Source: Burkholderiales bacterium (GTDB lineage Bacteria; Patescibacteriota; Minisyncoccia; Phycocordibacterales; UBA9973). From it: a stretch of DNA of 64,000 nucleotides. The stretch covers positions 177,167 through 241,166 of the forward strand of contig JAMPXW010000002.1 of NCBI GenBank assembly GCA_023701005.1. The letters run 5' to 3'. Of the stretch, positions 62,695 through 64,000 are shown piece by piece. How positions within the stretch are numbered: position 1 is the stretch's first letter; each line of letters begins with the position of its first letter. Both the position numbers and the translations under genes were made by a program. The notes beneath the pieces were generated by a model. It searched no databases. It had not been told where the DNA came from and saw only the letters and a program-made list of their open reading frames with translations.

Positions 62695-64000
62695 AAATCT
62701 TATCCCAAAAAACAATAAAACTAAATACACCAAAAAATAGAAAAACAATTCCTATAATTATTTTTCTCAATAGATTAGGATGAAAAACCTTTGGTAAGCT
62801 TTTATAATTAAGCCAAGAAACTAAACCTATGTGTACAAACATAGCAAAAGCATTTATTATGGCGCCAAGTATAATCAAAGATTTGGGTTCATATATATTA
62901 AAAAGAAATAATATTATTCCAAAAATAATTTGAGCCCAAACAAAAGTATAATAAAGAAAAGAAAGATTTATCTTTATTTTATCTTGCCCATGCAATTTTT
63001 TAATAGCCAAATTCTCTGCCATTATACGAGAAGTCGAATCCATAACTCCTAATTGCGTTTGAAACAACATAATAGACACTATAACCAGAAACACCGTCCC
63101 CATGGTTGGAAATAACATCCTCCCAACAAAAATGCCTTCGTTTATAACAAAATTTATTCCTTCTGTATTATTTTCTAAACCATATGTCGTAATGTAAGAC
63201 AGAATCATCAAAAATATCATAGAAACAATCCCTAAAAACCAAAAAACGAAACCATGCTCAATACTTATCAATTTCCACCATTTCTTGAAACGACTTATGT
63301 CTTCATTCGTCATCGTACAATCTGTGCCTGCCAAAGATATTTCTTCTTTTCCCTTCATGGCAAATAAACTAGAAATCTTTTGAGAATACATACCCATACC
63401 ATAACCCTTTTCTTTAATATAAATAGACTGAGTCAAATTTAAATTTCCCCCAGCTCCAGAATAAGCAAAAGCTGCCAAAAAAGTTGCCAACCCTATCCCC
63501 TCTGGCAAAAATAAAAATCCATCACCTTTTCCTACAAATCCATAAAACAAAGCCGACCAGTCAGTTTTCGTAGCGAGGAATACAACTAATAAAAATAAAA
63601 AAGGTATACCAAATAAAATAATGATCTTAGTTAAATTTTCCATCATTTTATAAACCGTTTTACCTATACTTAAAATCAAACCTATCAATAATAAAAAAAT
63701 AATAGCAATCCATTTAAAATTTTGTATGCCTAAAATACTTCCCATCACTTGTGCAGAAGCAGCGATAATGCCAGGCAAACCAAAACCTAAAAAAGTAGAG
63801 GCAATAAACCAATAAACAGCAGGTTTAAATAATTTATGGATACCAACAAAGACACTCTCCCCTTTAACTAAAGCATATCTCTCAATCTCCATATTTATAA
63901 AATATTGAAATGTTATACCCAAAACAGCACCCCAAACTATGCCTAGGCCATAATTTGCTGTGAGATAAGGCCATAATATAACCTCACCTGAACCCAAACC
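62687..64000 (-). CDS. Multi-pass membrane transporter, Nramp/APC-superfamily-like; N-terminus probably beyond window end
   Basis: About 11 hydrophobic helices; N-terminal region GEVILWPYLTANYGLGIVWGAVLGITFQYFINMEIERYAL loosely resembles Nramp TM1-TM2 region; reaches window edge. Confidence 0.45.
   Translation of the reverse strand, partial: GLGSGEVILWPYLTANYGLGIVWGAVLGITFQYFINMEIERYALVKGESVFVGIHKLFKPAVYWFIASTFLGFGLPGIIAASAQVMGSILGIQNFKWIAIIFLLLIGLILSIGKTVYKMMENLTKIIILFGIPFLFLLVVFLATKTDWSALFYGFVGKGDGFLFLPEGIGLATFLAAFAYSGAGGNLNLTQSIYIKEKGYGMGMYSQKISSLFAMKGKEEISLAGTDCTMTNEDISRFKKWWKLISIEHGFVFWFLGIVSMIFLMILSYITTYGLENNTEGINFVINEGIFVGRMLFPTMGTVFLVIVSIMLFQTQLGVMDSTSRIMAENLAIKKLHGQDKIKINLSFLYYTFVWAQIIFGIILFLFNIYEPKSLIILGAIINAFAMFVHIGLVSWLNYKSLPKVFHPNLLRKIIIGIVFLFFGVFSFIVFWDKIFN

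Noticed and set aside
1-64000. CRISPR arrays or diversity-generating retroelement associated with the giant repeat gene
   Set aside because: No regularly spaced short direct repeats with unique spacers were seen in intergenic DNA, and no reverse transcriptase or cas-like ORF is present. The repeats in the giant gene are in-frame protein repeats.

Overview
The window is AT-rich (roughly 30% GC by eye) and densely coded on both strands with many short genes, small membrane proteins and overlapping start/stop codons. This matches a reduced-genome, low-GC bacterium; a CPR/Patescibacteria-like lineage is inference only. The standard genetic code is inferred, because an RF2 homologue with an SPF motif is present and TAA stops dominate.

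Layout by region:
- 1-17.5 kb, mostly minus strand: partial HtrA-like serine protease; a promoter-driven GC-rich structured RNA; an AlkD-like DNA alkylation repair protein; a secreted Cys-rich tandem-repeat protein; DgkA; a DUF1211 channel-like protein; a thioredoxin-like + CcdA pair; the oxidative pentose-phosphate operon pgl-gnd-zwf; an alpha/beta hydrolase; RsgA; and an XRE regulator with a partner membrane protein.
- 17.6-23.8 kb: tRNA-Gln(CUG); small hypothetical and membrane proteins; a glutaredoxin-like protein; an ArsR regulator; an ECF sigma/anti-sigma pair; a CDF metal exporter.
- 23.8-33.7 kb: a GtrA + GT2 + two GT-C glycosylation module (one GT-C with TPRs); PyrG; FtsE/FtsX; a short RF2; a PLP-dependent fold-II enzyme; two tRNA-Thr genes.
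- 33.9-60.7 kb, cell-surface locus: two WxL-like secreted proteins flanking a DUF916/DUF3324-like membrane-anchored protein; an FN3-domain anchored protein; a small membrane-anchored HTH protein; and a single 22,362-nt ORF (7453 aa). This ORF has a signal peptide, about 70 copies of a GNVGIGTTAP-x3-KL-x-V repeat, several internal segmental duplications (one pair about 97% identical), and a C-terminal intramolecular-chaperone autoproteolysis (Peptidase S74-like) domain. Unusually, that domain is followed by a coiled coil, a DUF5011-like Ig domain and a Thr/Pro/Glu-rich tail.
- 60.7-64 kb: a REP-associated tyrosine transposase (RAYT) flanked by, and internally carrying, a GC-rich REP-like palindrome; a secreted repeat protein; and a partial Nramp/APC-like transporter at the window edge.

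A DnaA-box-like 9-mer (TTATCCACA / TGTGGATAA) recurs at at least five intergenic or promoter positions.
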